Assembly (NCBI GenBank): GCA_010015805.1
Contig: ML978123.1
Coordinates: 1,612,001 to 1,676,000, forward strand
Direction: 5' to 3'
Length of the DNA: 64,000 bases
Source: Rhizodiscina lignyota
Lineage: Eukaryota
Shown here one piece after another: positions 26,401 through 37,643 of this stretch. The notes under the pieces are model-generated. The model saw only the letters and a program-made list of their open reading frames with translations, did not search any database and was not told where the DNA came from. The position numbers and the translations under genes are program-made. The stretch's first letter is position 1, and each line of letters starts with the position of its first letter.

Positions 26401-28103
26401 GAGATATTCTAGGAAAGGAACCAAACCATAAGTGTCAAGAAGATGGTACACAGCCTTTGCCTGCTCCGCTGCTCTCTCGGATGTATTGATCGGTACCAAG
26501 CCGACGCGCACTGGCAGCTTGCGTTTGATAAAGCTTTGCAGAGTTTCAACAACTGTCTCGACATGCTGCGGATCGGTGAAGTCAACAGGAAATATCACAT
26601 TGTGTATATCCCGTCTGACGGCTGGCATCTGGCCTGGAAAAGTTCGTTGTAACAACTAATCGCACATCAGAAATCGTAAGGGAGAGGTTTCTACATTGAC
26701 TTACCGCAGCGAGGGCCGGGGACCAGTCAGCGTATCGCTTATCCTTCTCGATATCATTCATCCATATGATCACCTTGCCTCCTTCGATTTCATCTCTCCA
26801 GTCGTAACGTGCTGGTTCATCGCTAGTCTGAGCTGCAGTGATTGATGGATGAGAGAGGAGATCAATAACTTCTCTGCCAGTCAATCCTAGGCTTTTGCCA
26901 TCATCAATAAGGCCACGTTCTCGGCGAAGATGATCTAATAGAGAGAATGGGTCCATCTTTCGTGGGTCCATCTGAACTCCATTGATCCAAATGACATTAA
27001 AGCCTGCCGGCAGAAGCTGTTCTCGGTTTGCTCGATGTTCCATGAGGAAGGCGTCCGACACATTATAAGCGCTTATGGCAGAAGAATGCTTAGGAAAGTC
27101 TTGGGAGAGCCTTAGGAGCATATCCAGTGGATCAGTGCTGTTCATGACGAAGCTGGAAGCTCGTAATCCAAGACGCACGAGCTCCGATGCCGACAATGGC
27201 TTTACGTCGGATATTTCTTCGTGATCCAAGCTGACCTCGACAGTGTTCGTGTCACCCGCGTCGATCTTTGTATCTTCTGTCTCCTCTTCTGCTTTGCGAT
27301 CGTCGATGACGATGTAGTCTGTTCTTTTAAGATCCAAAGCAACGCCGTAGGCATTGATAGGCAGCTCTTTGTCCCCATCAGCCTGGTTTGGCTTGTATCT
27401 GACTCGGTATGATGTCTTCCCTTCCTTCGCGGTCTTGCTTATGGCTTTGTGAAACTTTGCGAAGTCATCCGAAGTTATATCCGCGTAGAGTATCGAGGCG
27501 AGCTCACTGCTCGAATCTCCTAGTACCCGATCAAATGGTAACTCTTCATGGTGCGACTTTGGAATCGCCACGCCTTCTCCATCCAGTTCTGGGAAGCAGT
27601 ATCTCTTTCCAGCAAAGTCTGCCCATGCCTGTGATCCACATTCACCTTCCCCACCAGCTTCCAATGACGGCTGCACGGAGGAACGATAGAACTGGTGTTG
27701 TGCTTCAATACGAGGGGCAGAAGCATGTATCGAAACTGCGAGCTTGAATGAGGAGAGGGCTTGAGGATCGGTAAGATGGCCATCGTCAACGAGAATCTTT
27801 AGAAATCTGTTGTACAGTTGTTCGTCTGACCAGATGTGTTTGAATGCTCCGTCTGCGATGCGATCGAGTAGGGGGAAGTAAGACGTCGAGTTTTCTTCTG
27901 CTGCAGTTTCCCTAGCATAAAGTTATTCCCTGCCCTAGATTAGGAGATTGGCAAACATACAAGAGTTCAACTAGTAGTTGGGGTGAAGGAAAGGATGCTT
28001 TGAGAGCAACGTTGACGGCTGGACTGGCGAGAGCGCATTTCAGACAAATGCTCCCGAAGAGCAGCGCATTCCGAACTCTTCGGAGCCACGATTGTGATAT
28101 CAT
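23428..28103 (-). CDS. gpt1: UDP-glucose:glycoprotein glucosyltransferase (UGGT, GT24)
   Basis: Signal peptide. Motifs YGVALDLKRTDY, INIFSVASGHLYER, FVDADQIVR, SNLDQDLPN and WLWCETWC. Ends in KRDEL, an ER retention signal. Confidence 0.97.
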
Positions 28104-28586
28104 GATTTAAGCATGGGTAATAGAGAGACGGAATGTCTTCTGTTGCGAGGTGGTGGAGAGTTGATGATCTTATGGAGCTGGCATTTACACCTGCAAATGG
28201 GAAACGTGTCTCGACGCGCCGCGGCGAAAGACCAATGAATGACGTTGGCGTTCCCCCTGCCCAATCCATCACCACTTTATTACTCAAGCTTCCGCCGAAA
28301 GGGAAAGTAGTTTTCCCAATCAATAGACGATCTGAAGCACTTTTTGGGTCATATAACAGAACATCGTTGGGAAAATTCAATGCGGATCCATGGGTCAGGG
28401 GTTCACGTGCTGTCGCGTGAAGACAGCTCCAGGTATTGGAGATGGCGCGTCTGAGAAGCTACCTAATAAGCTTGTTATTTGAAATGCCACGGATGTGCTA
28501 TCTATCAATGTGCTCTTTCAGGACCGACCGATGAGCGCAACCAACACTTTTAGACGCCAAAACTGACAGAATCCAGGGCCAAGTGA

Positions 28587-30517
28587 TCATGACAATCCCT
28601 CAACTTTCCAGGCCTTGACAGTTGCATCGCCTCCAGTGCTGACTACCTTGCCTTCGCCTACCCAAGCAACACCGTTCACTCCATCCTTATGTGCATTGAG
28701 CGCCTTGATTCTCTTGCCTGGGTCCTGGATACTCCAAACCATAACGTTTGTATCTAAGCTTCCACTGACAGCAAATGCGCCGCTTGGATCCCACGCCACG
28801 CTGGTGATACGGGCCGTATGTGCACTCCATCGATCTGTAACCACTGCACCGTCGCATGTGGAATAGACGATGATCTTGCCGTTTGCGACACCAGCAGCAA
28901 GCTTCTTTCCATCTGCAGAAAATGTTAGAGTCGATATTGGTGCTGTTGCCTTGCGCGGCTCGATTGGTATGTCTGAGAGCGAGTTCCCGGCAAGTTTGTA
29001 AAAATGAACAGCTTTATCGTCTCCGCCCACTACAACAGTGTCTCCTTGAGCGGCGACGCAGGTCGCAGCATAGCCTTTCAGAGGAAGCGATCCAGACTTG
29101 ATACCGTCGTTGTACATTTCAATCGAGCTGGGAGTTGCAACGAGAACGGTTCCGCCAGCTGCAGCGACGCCTTTCGGTTGTCCAGAGATACTGGCTGCTG
29201 AGCCTGTGAAGGTCTTTGCTGAAGTTGATATGCTTCGCAGCGTGTCATCCCAACCAACGCTGTACATTCGGCCGGCATCTTTGCTGGACTCGGCGGTAAT
29301 TCCGGCAACATAATTAGTGTGGCTATCACCATCGACCTTTTCCGCAGCTCCAGTCTCCAAGTCCCATGCGCATACGCGCCCTTCGTAGCTGCCAGTCACT
29401 AGCGTAGAGCCGGCGGCGGCAGCAGCGGTGATATTCTTCTGGTGGCCGCGGACGACCTTCGTAGGCTTCGGACTCCCATCGACAAGGTAATTGAGGTTGC
29501 CATCCAGGTCCACACTGATCACAAGACCATCACTTCGACCAGATGGCCACACCACGCCGACTTGTTGATCCGGTATGCTGACGGTTCCCTCTTCTCCCAT
29601 TCTCCAGGTCTGCACGGCCTGGCCGGATTCTGCGTCCCAGATCCGGACAGTCTGGTCAGCGCTTGCTGTCGCAAATCGTTTCGAGTCTTTAGCCCAAGAT
29701 ATTCCAAAGATGCTACCGGTGTGCACGTCTTCTCCAACCTGACCTTTAGCCTCGCCAGTCTTCCCGTCATACAACCAAATCTTCTTGTCTGCGCCGACTG
29801 TTGTTAATAACGAGCCATCCGGATTGAAGGCGGTTCCAAATACGAATCTGTTGTGCTGCCCTCTCAGGCTTGTATTGAACTTGAACGGGGCGCCATGATA
29901 GAAGACCATGCTTGTGTCATCGCTACCAGTCGCAGCTCGGAGAGGCCTCTGCTGCCGAATAGACACCGAGTTAATCTGAGCAGAGTGGCCAGAAATTTCC
30001 CCCACACTGTTGCCGGAGTCTGCAGTTATGCAATGGCCGAACCGCTCCTTTCCGTCTCCCACTGCAATTATCCTCTGTGAGTCGCCGTCCCAGGCCACAT
30101 CATTGATGCGGCCCGCAATGATATGGTATTCTCCCTTCGTAGCTCCTTCGCCCACACAGTCCCATACGCGCACTGAGCCAGAAGCATCACCACTGGCGAC
30201 ATAGAATCCGGAAGGAGAGAATCGAGCAACGGTAGTCTGGGCAGTGTGGGCGGTGTATTGGGTGCTGATTGATGGGTTGTCGATCGAACGCAGGAAGATG
30301 GATTTATTGGACTGTCATATTCTCAGTAAATCCGGTAAGGATGGTAAAAAGTCGGAGCGTACGGCGTATGCTATCCTCTCTCCTTTGGGATCAGACGAGA
30401 GGATGGTGGGTTGTCCACGTGTGGTGGTAGGCGATGCAGCCCATGTCGCATCTGCAATCGTTCATGAGCTGTTGTTCGTAGAGTTTTGACAGGGAATGTA
30501 CCTGGTTTTATGGACAT
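28587..30517 (-). CDS. AIP1: Actin-interacting protein 1 (WD40)
   Basis: Spliced N-terminus MSIKPDATWAASPTTTRGQP. Motifs WDGDSQRIIAVGDGKERFG, RQQRPLRAATGSDD and WSAHTARI. Confidence 0.95.
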
Positions 30518-31514
30518 ATTGTAGTTCTAGGAGTGGAATGTCTCGGTGAAGAAGAAAGGGGAATTCTAGAGGGAATTGTGCGAGCTCTGCTGTGAAAACT
30601 TTCAGAGCTGCCTGGTGTCAACTCGAGCTGTGACGAATGTGGGGGTGGCTTGTCCTCAAGCTTCACCAACCGCAGGTCACTATCAACCCGCTTTCGTCTC
30701 TTTTACAATTTAAGGTTCTCTTGTTCTGAGTGTCATCATCATTCAGCCTATAAAGGCTCATATCCACCATCTGTCTGTTTTGCTAGCCCATCTATATATA
30801 CTGTAGTATCGATTCCCCACTCCCTAAAGTGGGCGTGAAAATACGGTTATTTTGTCGGAATTCTTACTCGCTGCATGAAAAATGTGATTTCTTGGTTCTT
30901 GTCCACTTCTATTGCAATTAGGTATTTCTCCATTTTCATGTGCCTAATTTTCGAATGGTTTTAAACGTTTAAACGTATATACTTGATCCCTATATAGGAC
31001 AGGTTTGTTGTTTCGCGTTGGTCAGGGCTAGGGTTGATCACTATCACGTTCACTGTCGTTCTCGTAGAATAGAAGCTGCTTCTGCTTATACCTAAACGAA
31101 CCTTTCACGCCTACTCGGTGCACTATCGGGATTAGCATTTAAGGAGCATGTCATCTCTCGTTCGACGAGCTCTGAAATCCGTATCTGTGAAGCGGAAAAG
31201 TTTTCACTACCCTTTTTAAATTTATTTTTCAAAAACCCTCACATAATAGTATGCGGAATATCACTTGAGCACTTTTCCTTCTCTAACTTATCGTGACTCT
31301 TCATCTCATACCGTCTTTGATATTTAGTACACCACACTTGACATCTCTCAAGCGCATTAAGACTATCTTCCCGTTTGGTCTTGATCAAGGGCTCAAAAAC
31401 ATCTCATCTTCATCCCCTTTCCATGGCTTCACTCAATCATATTCGAAAGTTTCCTCATATCATTCCGACCTTAAGGTTCGTGCACATATACATTAATTGC
31501 TTCAGCAAATCGCA

Positions 31515-31977
31515 ATGGCGTCTTCCAAAGTCCATGAGTGGACTGGCCCAATGGTTGAAACAGTCGCATCGATGCAACGCGAGGGCCATGACCCCGAGAC
31601 CATCCTCACCACACTACGAGCACAGTTCGGACGATCCGCTCCTACAGATTCGGATGTGGTGCAACACAAGATGCAGGACCTTTACTTCGCCGATCGGATG
31701 GAGATGACCGCAGAACAGATGGATCAGCTGAAGGTCAAGGAGGATCCAGCCACGCCGAAGAAGAGGCCAGGCCATGGACGTATTAAGTCGATCGGGGAGA
31801 GCTCTGGTAAGCGATTCCGTTTAGGTCCTCCTCTGGCCAGGGTGGCTAATGCGAGTAGACGATGTCTCAATCTCACGCGAGTCAACTCCTCAGAGCAGTC
31901 CTGTTAATGCGGCAAAGATCCTTTTACAGCTCAAGGCATCCCCGCTGGAAAAGAGGGATAATGACTCCATTGGTTGA
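31515..31977 (+). CDS. Small hypothetical protein, two exons
   Basis: ATG in gcaATGg context. A GTAAGC..GCTAAT..TAG intron at about 31806-31858 gives an open second exon DDVSISRESTPQSSPVNAAKILLQLKASP...IG*. Confidence 0.55.
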
Positions 31978-32115
31978 CAGGTTCTTGCAATGCTTTCATC
32001 GCTCATTCTCTTGAAAAGTCCGTTGTTGGGTTCCAATGATCTTGAAGACCGGATCGTTTCAAAGTATCAAAATTTGGAGTTGGTCGGGGAAATCTGCTTG
32101 TATAATCTCTTAGTC

Positions 32116-33026
32116 TCAGCGCAGAACTCCAGTGATATCCCTGCCCAAAGCGTTCACCCTTTCTTCAAGGATCTGTCTCTTTCGTTCCAACTCTCGAATT
32201 TCTTCCTCCTCCTTCTTGACGTCTACTTCGGGCATGAAGGCTTCCTGTGCGGCCTGGGATTGCTGTTCGCTCGGTGTATCCTCTTCGTCGTCCTCAGTCT
32301 CGAAGTCTCTAGGCCGATGAAGGCGCTGCAATTTCGACGCTTGCTCCTTAGCTCTTGCCTCATAGTACTCAATGGACTCTGCGAGACGAACATGGCGTTG
32401 TCTGAGGTCATGAACTTTCTCCATAGCGCCGGGAATGGGACTGCAATAGTTAGCATGCAAATCGTACGTACGGTGCCCTCGTGCCACTCACTACACAGCG
32501 CATAGCTTTTCTGCGCCCTCGAGTAAGACATCGACATCCACTTCGCCCTTATTATTCTCATTGTATGATCGATATCCTAAACCAGTGCCCGCACCTCCAC
32601 CTCCACCTTTCCGTATCCTCTCCACGAGGTCGCCGCCCAGAACGGCTGCTACCGCCGTGTTTCTTCTAGGTGCGCGGACAGCGTTAGCTCCACCACCGCC
32701 AACGGCATTATTGCCACCATTGGGATTGAAAGTTGTATTCCGTCTGCTGTTGCTCGCTGACGGATCCTGCGCTCGAGGAACAGGTGCTGGAGGAGGAACG
32801 GAGAAAAGCGCGCGCTCGTGGGCTTCTGTATCGCGAATCAAAGCCGTTATATCATGAGGGCGCAGAAGAGCATTTGAAAATATCTTTGGAGAGGGAAAGC
32901 TATACAGATGTTAGTCCCGCAGATTGCAACATTTCAGGAGCGGATAACATACGAAAGCTCCGCAATTGAGGCGGAACAGAGTGATATTTGCTCCAGGTGA
33001 GCATCTATGAGAGAGATTGCAGACAT
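32116..33026 (-). CDS. SPC34: DASH/Dam1 complex subunit Spc34
   Basis: Spliced N-terminus HLEQISLCSASIAELSFPSPKIFSNALLRPHDITALIRDTEAHERALFS. Also LLEGAEKLCAV/YP and a coiled-coil C-terminus. Confidence 0.9.
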
Positions 33027-33091
33027 TTTGGACACCAAAAGGACCTGACCTGGAAGGTCTTAGACTATGAAATATATAATACACAGTGGTG

Positions 33092-33136
33092 TCGCGTTAC
33101 ATAGACTTCCAACAGGCGGAAGACGCGTTGTTTGTT
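33092..33136. promoter_or_regulatory. MCB-like sites plus an adjacent forkhead-like site in the SPC34/RPN3 divergent promoter
   Basis: TCGCGTTAC at 33092 and a perfect ACGCGT at 33123 followed by TGTTTGTTT. Confidence 0.5.
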
Positions 33137-33342
33137 TGTATGTGGACCGCGGTAGCCGGAGTCGGAAGAATCGGCGTACCGAGATGCTTCATCAGTCCTC
33201 CGGAGGAAAGCTCTAGAGCAGCTTCCATACGCAGCCTCTCAACCTTCGACACGCCACGACCTCTCCTCTACCTCGAAACAAACTCTAAAGCTCGACAGGA
33301 CTTGCGAACAGTCCAGAAACCAAGCTCACTTTATCTATCGCC

Positions 33343-35037
33343 ATGGCGGAGACCATGGAAGGAGTTGAGGGTGCGCCACAGCAGAACGGCGACACGCAGC
33401 AAAACAGTGAAGAGAAGACTGCTGCAGGTAAGCATCGCATCGTTATGACGAAAATATCTCTGATCACAGTGTCCGAACCCACTTGACCTTTGTGCCTTAA
33501 CATAACCGGTATCGAGGAGCATGATTACTAACAGCTCGTAGACATCAGAAGCAACTTCTCGCTGCTTGAACGAGCGGTTACCCAGTTCGACGCCCGTTTT
33601 ACCCTCCGAGCTCTCAGATCGATCTCTTCGCTGCGCAAACGCCTCACCCCAGAAGTTTTTGCTCGAGCAATAGCTCTCACCTATCCCCAAAATGCTCCGA
33701 CCGCCAAGACGCTGCTCCAGGCATTGTTTGAGAGCGAGAACGAGTTCCGATCAGTCATGAGCAAGATAGAGCCGCCACAATCGAACGGAAAGCAGGAGAA
33801 GGAAGTCATTCCAGAGATTGACATCTATCTTGGCATTCTCCTACAGGTCAGTTCTGGCTGAGTTGGTGGAAAGCAGCAGTCTCCCATCTCTAATAACTTC
33901 TTGCAGGTTTATCTGTATGATTCGAAAAGATACGAGACAGGAGCCCGATTCTCTACGGTTCTCGTTGATAGAATACGAGAGTTGAACCGTCGAACTCTGG
34001 ACTCTCTGGCAGCACGTGCCTACTTCTACCTCTCACTTTTCTTCGAAGAACTCGACCCCAAGCCGCCATCGCCACAATCGCCCGTCATTTCGATCCGCAA
34101 GAACCTCCTCGCCGCACTTCGGAGTGCAGTTCTCCGTAAGGACCAAGACACTCAGGCTGCCGTGATCGTTCTCCTCCTTCGAAACTACATCTCCACCGCA
34201 GATATCTCGCAAGCCGATGCACTTGTCGCTCAGACCACGTTCCCTCATACTGCTCCGAATAATCAGGTGGCGCGATATCTCTACTATCTCGGGCGCATTC
34301 GTGCCATCCAGCTATCCTACACCGAAGCTCACGAGCACTTGACAAGCGCAACGCGAAAGGCTCCTTCAAGCACAGTTGCGGTAGGCTTCTATCAGGCATC
34401 AATGAAGTTTCTGATTGTTGTTGAGCTGCTCATGGGTGACATACCTGAACGGGCAGTCTTCAGCCAGCCGAAGCTGGAGCTTGGTCTAGAGCCGTACTTC
34501 AAGCTTGTTCAAGCTGTACGTGCTGGTGAGATGCAGGGATTCTTGCGCATTGTACAACAGCATGCTTCTACCTTCCATCACGACGGCACCTATACACTGG
34601 TCCTCCGCCTCCGCCAGAACGTTATCCGTACAGGGATCCGCATGCTGTCTCTCTCTTACTCTCGCATCTCCCTTCGCGACATCTGCATCCGCCTTGGACT
34701 TGAATCAGAGGAGAGCGCCGAGTATATTGTTGCCAAAGCTATTCGCGATGGGGTCATTGAGGCTACCATTGACCACGAGAAGGGTTACATGCAAACGAAG
34801 CAGGCGGGCGACATCTACGCTACGCGTGAACCTGCTGAGGCATTCCACGAGCGTATCAAGGCTTGCTTGGCGCTCCACGACGAAAGTGTCAAGGCGATGA
34901 GGTTTCCCATGAATCAGCACAGGTTGGAGCTTAAGAACGCGCAGGAGGCTAGGGAAAGAGAGAGGGAGCTTGCGAAGGAGATCCAAGACGGAGAGATCGA
35001 TGAGGACGATGCAGCAGGAGATTTCGAGGGACTGTAA
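33343..35037 (+). CDS. RPN3: 26S proteasome lid subunit Rpn3
   Basis: FDARFTLRALR, ARYLYYLGRIRAIQLSY, VELLMGDIPER, the PCI domain LRLRQNVIRTG, and AMRFPMNQHR. Confidence 0.97.
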
Positions 35038-35179
35038 ACAAGAATCGATCCTCGAATCATTTTCTCAAGCGGGAGTTTGGGCGTTGTGTATAGTACGCCG
35101 AGCCTAGCATGATAGAAGGGCGGCGTGATGTCGCAAGGATAATTCGCCTACCCCTTTGATTTTAATCTGGCACTGATGT

Positions 35180-36020
35180 CTATATTCTCACGCCCTTACT
35201 TCTCAAAACATTGACCGCCGCATGCCCTGTGAAATCTAACCATTCTGCTACTTGGCCGACCGTACTGCCTACTTGCTGCACCTCGTCCAGTCTCGCGTCG
35301 ACGAAATGCTCCGTATCCTTGTAGTTTGGTGACTCGTCTTGAGTCTGGAACACTTCCGCGGCAGCGTATATCCCAGAAAGAGAAGCGCGTTTCGTATACC
35401 AGGATGTGTCTACTGATACGTCGCCCGCTAGAAACCACATCTCGTCGCTCAGTCGAGCGAGTTCAGCTAGTGACGGGCGGATATTGGTCGGTAGTGCCAT
35501 TACGGCCAAGGCCTGGATTCCATTCTTAGTAACCCGAGCATGCAATATACATATCTTGATAGTGAACGTCAGACAGGCTTACCTCTTGCCATCTTCCCAC
35601 CACCCCAGCATCTATATTCCCTCTCAACCTAGCGAGCAACAGTGCCCGAACCTTCTTGCCCACACCCGTTTTCTTCCCTCCCGCCTCTTTACCCTCTTCC
35701 GGAAACTGCACGGTGTCTTTGAGTGCCAACCGCTGGTTCATGAGATGGTAATTCACCAGCTCGAATACGCCGCGAGGAAGGAGATTTGTAGAAATATCTA
35801 GGAAGCCTGCATCTCGTGCACCCAAAGTAAGGGAGGTTTGTGTAAAGCCATGCTGTGGGACGTGGCGGAGGGAGGAGGAGAGAATGGAGCTGGCTTCGGG
35901 GGTGTACGGTGGAGGAGGAGGGTGGGTTGAGGATTGGTATGATCTTCGTGGAGCCCGCGGGGGTTTGCGAATCGAGGATGTGGAAGAGAGGAGAAATGGT
36001 CTTCGACAGCAGGTCGCCAT
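35180..36020 (-). CDS. COQ9: Ubiquinone biosynthesis protein Coq9 (mitochondrial)
   Basis: Arg/Ser-rich presequence, HVPQHGFT and LSDEMWFLAGDVSVDTSWYTKRASLS. One intron. Confidence 0.93.
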
Positions 36021-36230
36021 TGTGTGGTAAATGGTTACAGGTGGTTAGGTTGGGTTGGTGGAGGTTGAAATAATTGTTGTCTGATCTGCAAGCTATTCAT
36101 GTCCTAGTGACGTTGCGGAGGCCATGTCCAATCTTCCGCAAGCCCTCCCTGTACCTCTCTCTCTGTCCACCAACACCACATTTCAACTCATTTGCCGTCG
36201 CAAGCGTGCGGACAGCAAATATTATCCAGG

Positions 36231-37263
36231 ATGCAAGATACAAAGGAAAAACATGTAAATTTCCCCCACGGTGACCTTCGTAATTCATGGTAATGTTATC
36301 AGGATTGAGGTTTCAACACGCCTTCGGCGGGCCATCGTTCTCAATGACCTACCCCTCGTGAAGCGCATTGTCAGAAATAATCCACAATGGCTCCAGAATC
36401 CAGATTACGATGACAAGAGCAATACGTCGCTTCATCTTGCAAGCAAAGAAGGCTTCGCAGAAATCGCAGTATGTCTCGATCGCCATTAGTTATACACACA
36501 GCTTGGGCTCAATTAACATCCCATGTAGGAATATCTTATAGAAGCGGGTCATGAGGACCAGGGCATCTCCCGAAATGTAGACTGGGACACACCACTTATG
36601 ATTGCAGCGGCTCATGGAAGGGTCGAAGTGGGCCTTTTACTGATCAATCGCTTTCCGCGGTGTGTCCCTTGGGCGAACCAGGAGGGTATGGATGCTGTGA
36701 GTCTTTCGAACCACCAACAAAATCAAGCTTAGGACTTAACTGATACAAATCTGTAGCTCATGTTATCTGCTGGACATGGGACTTTACCCCTCCTAACGCC
36801 TCTCCTGACTACGAATCCATCATGCTCACCGAACGCTCATGACAACGCGGGCAACACTGCACTGCATCATGCTTCAGCAGCCGGCGAGCTAAAAGCCCTT
36901 CGAGTCCTTCTCTCGCATGGAGCATCACCGCTCGCACAGAATGCGCATAATTGGACCCCAATTGCATACTCCGCTTCCATTGCCGCAGAAGTGTACTTTA
37001 AGAACCTAGTTGCCGAATTCGAGAAATGGCGTGTCGAGAGCATGCAGCAGGCACGTGAGCGGGAGAGAGAAAAGGAAAGGCAGAGAGCTGCCGGCGTCAG
37101 GCTTGTCACTGGTGATGAGATGATGCAGGAGAGCCTCAGGAACACACCGGACGAGTGGAGTCCAATCGAGCCGAAGAGAATGATGACACCTACCGCTGCG
37201 AAGAGTGATGCTTGGGCATCCTCACACACGGGTTCTAGAGCTAGGGCGAGCAGCGGTGATTAG
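36231..37263 (+). CDS. AVO2: Ankyrin-repeat protein, TORC2 subunit Avo2-like
   Basis: RLRRAIVLNDLPLVKRIV, NTSLHLA, DTPLMIAA and GNTALHHASAAG. Three introns. Confidence 0.8.
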
Positions 37264-37526
37264 GTCTGAGTAGATAAGATTTGAAAGAGGTCGGCTGGAG
37301 TATTCCATCGATCAACGATCGTCGAATTATGCTCGTACAGCAGACTGACAAGGAGCGGGGAGACAACATCACACCAAGACCAATGTGGGTAGATATATCA
37401 AGAGATCGAGTGACGCATTTGTGCCAACTTTCTTTCCAAAAAGTCGTAGAAGAATCAGACTCAGAAAACTCGATGCCTATGGCCTGGTGGCGGTTGAGTT
37501 CACGTGAGAGCGTGTTTGCCAAGACT

Positions 37527-37566
37527 TCGCGTTACGCGCGGGTGCCTTGACTGCGCGTTGTTTGTT
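37527..37566 (+). promoter_or_regulatory. Cluster of CGCG (MCB-like) cores with a forkhead-like site upstream of RAD54
   Basis: TCGCGTTACGCGCG followed by GCGCGTTGTTTGTT, about 80-120 bp before the start codon. Confidence 0.5.
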
Positions 37567-37643
37567 CTCGTCCGAACCTCACTCTCCACAAGATTTCTAC
37601 GCACCCACCCATTCACTCTCCAAGCGTAAGGGTGATCGGCGAT

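Noticed and set aside
30650..31300. AT-richer intergenic stretch with a TTTAAACGTTTAAA palindrome, considered as ncRNA or transposon remnant
   Set aside because: I found no tRNA, snRNA or snoRNA boxes, terminal inverted repeats or target-site duplications. An Infernal/Rfam scan would be needed.
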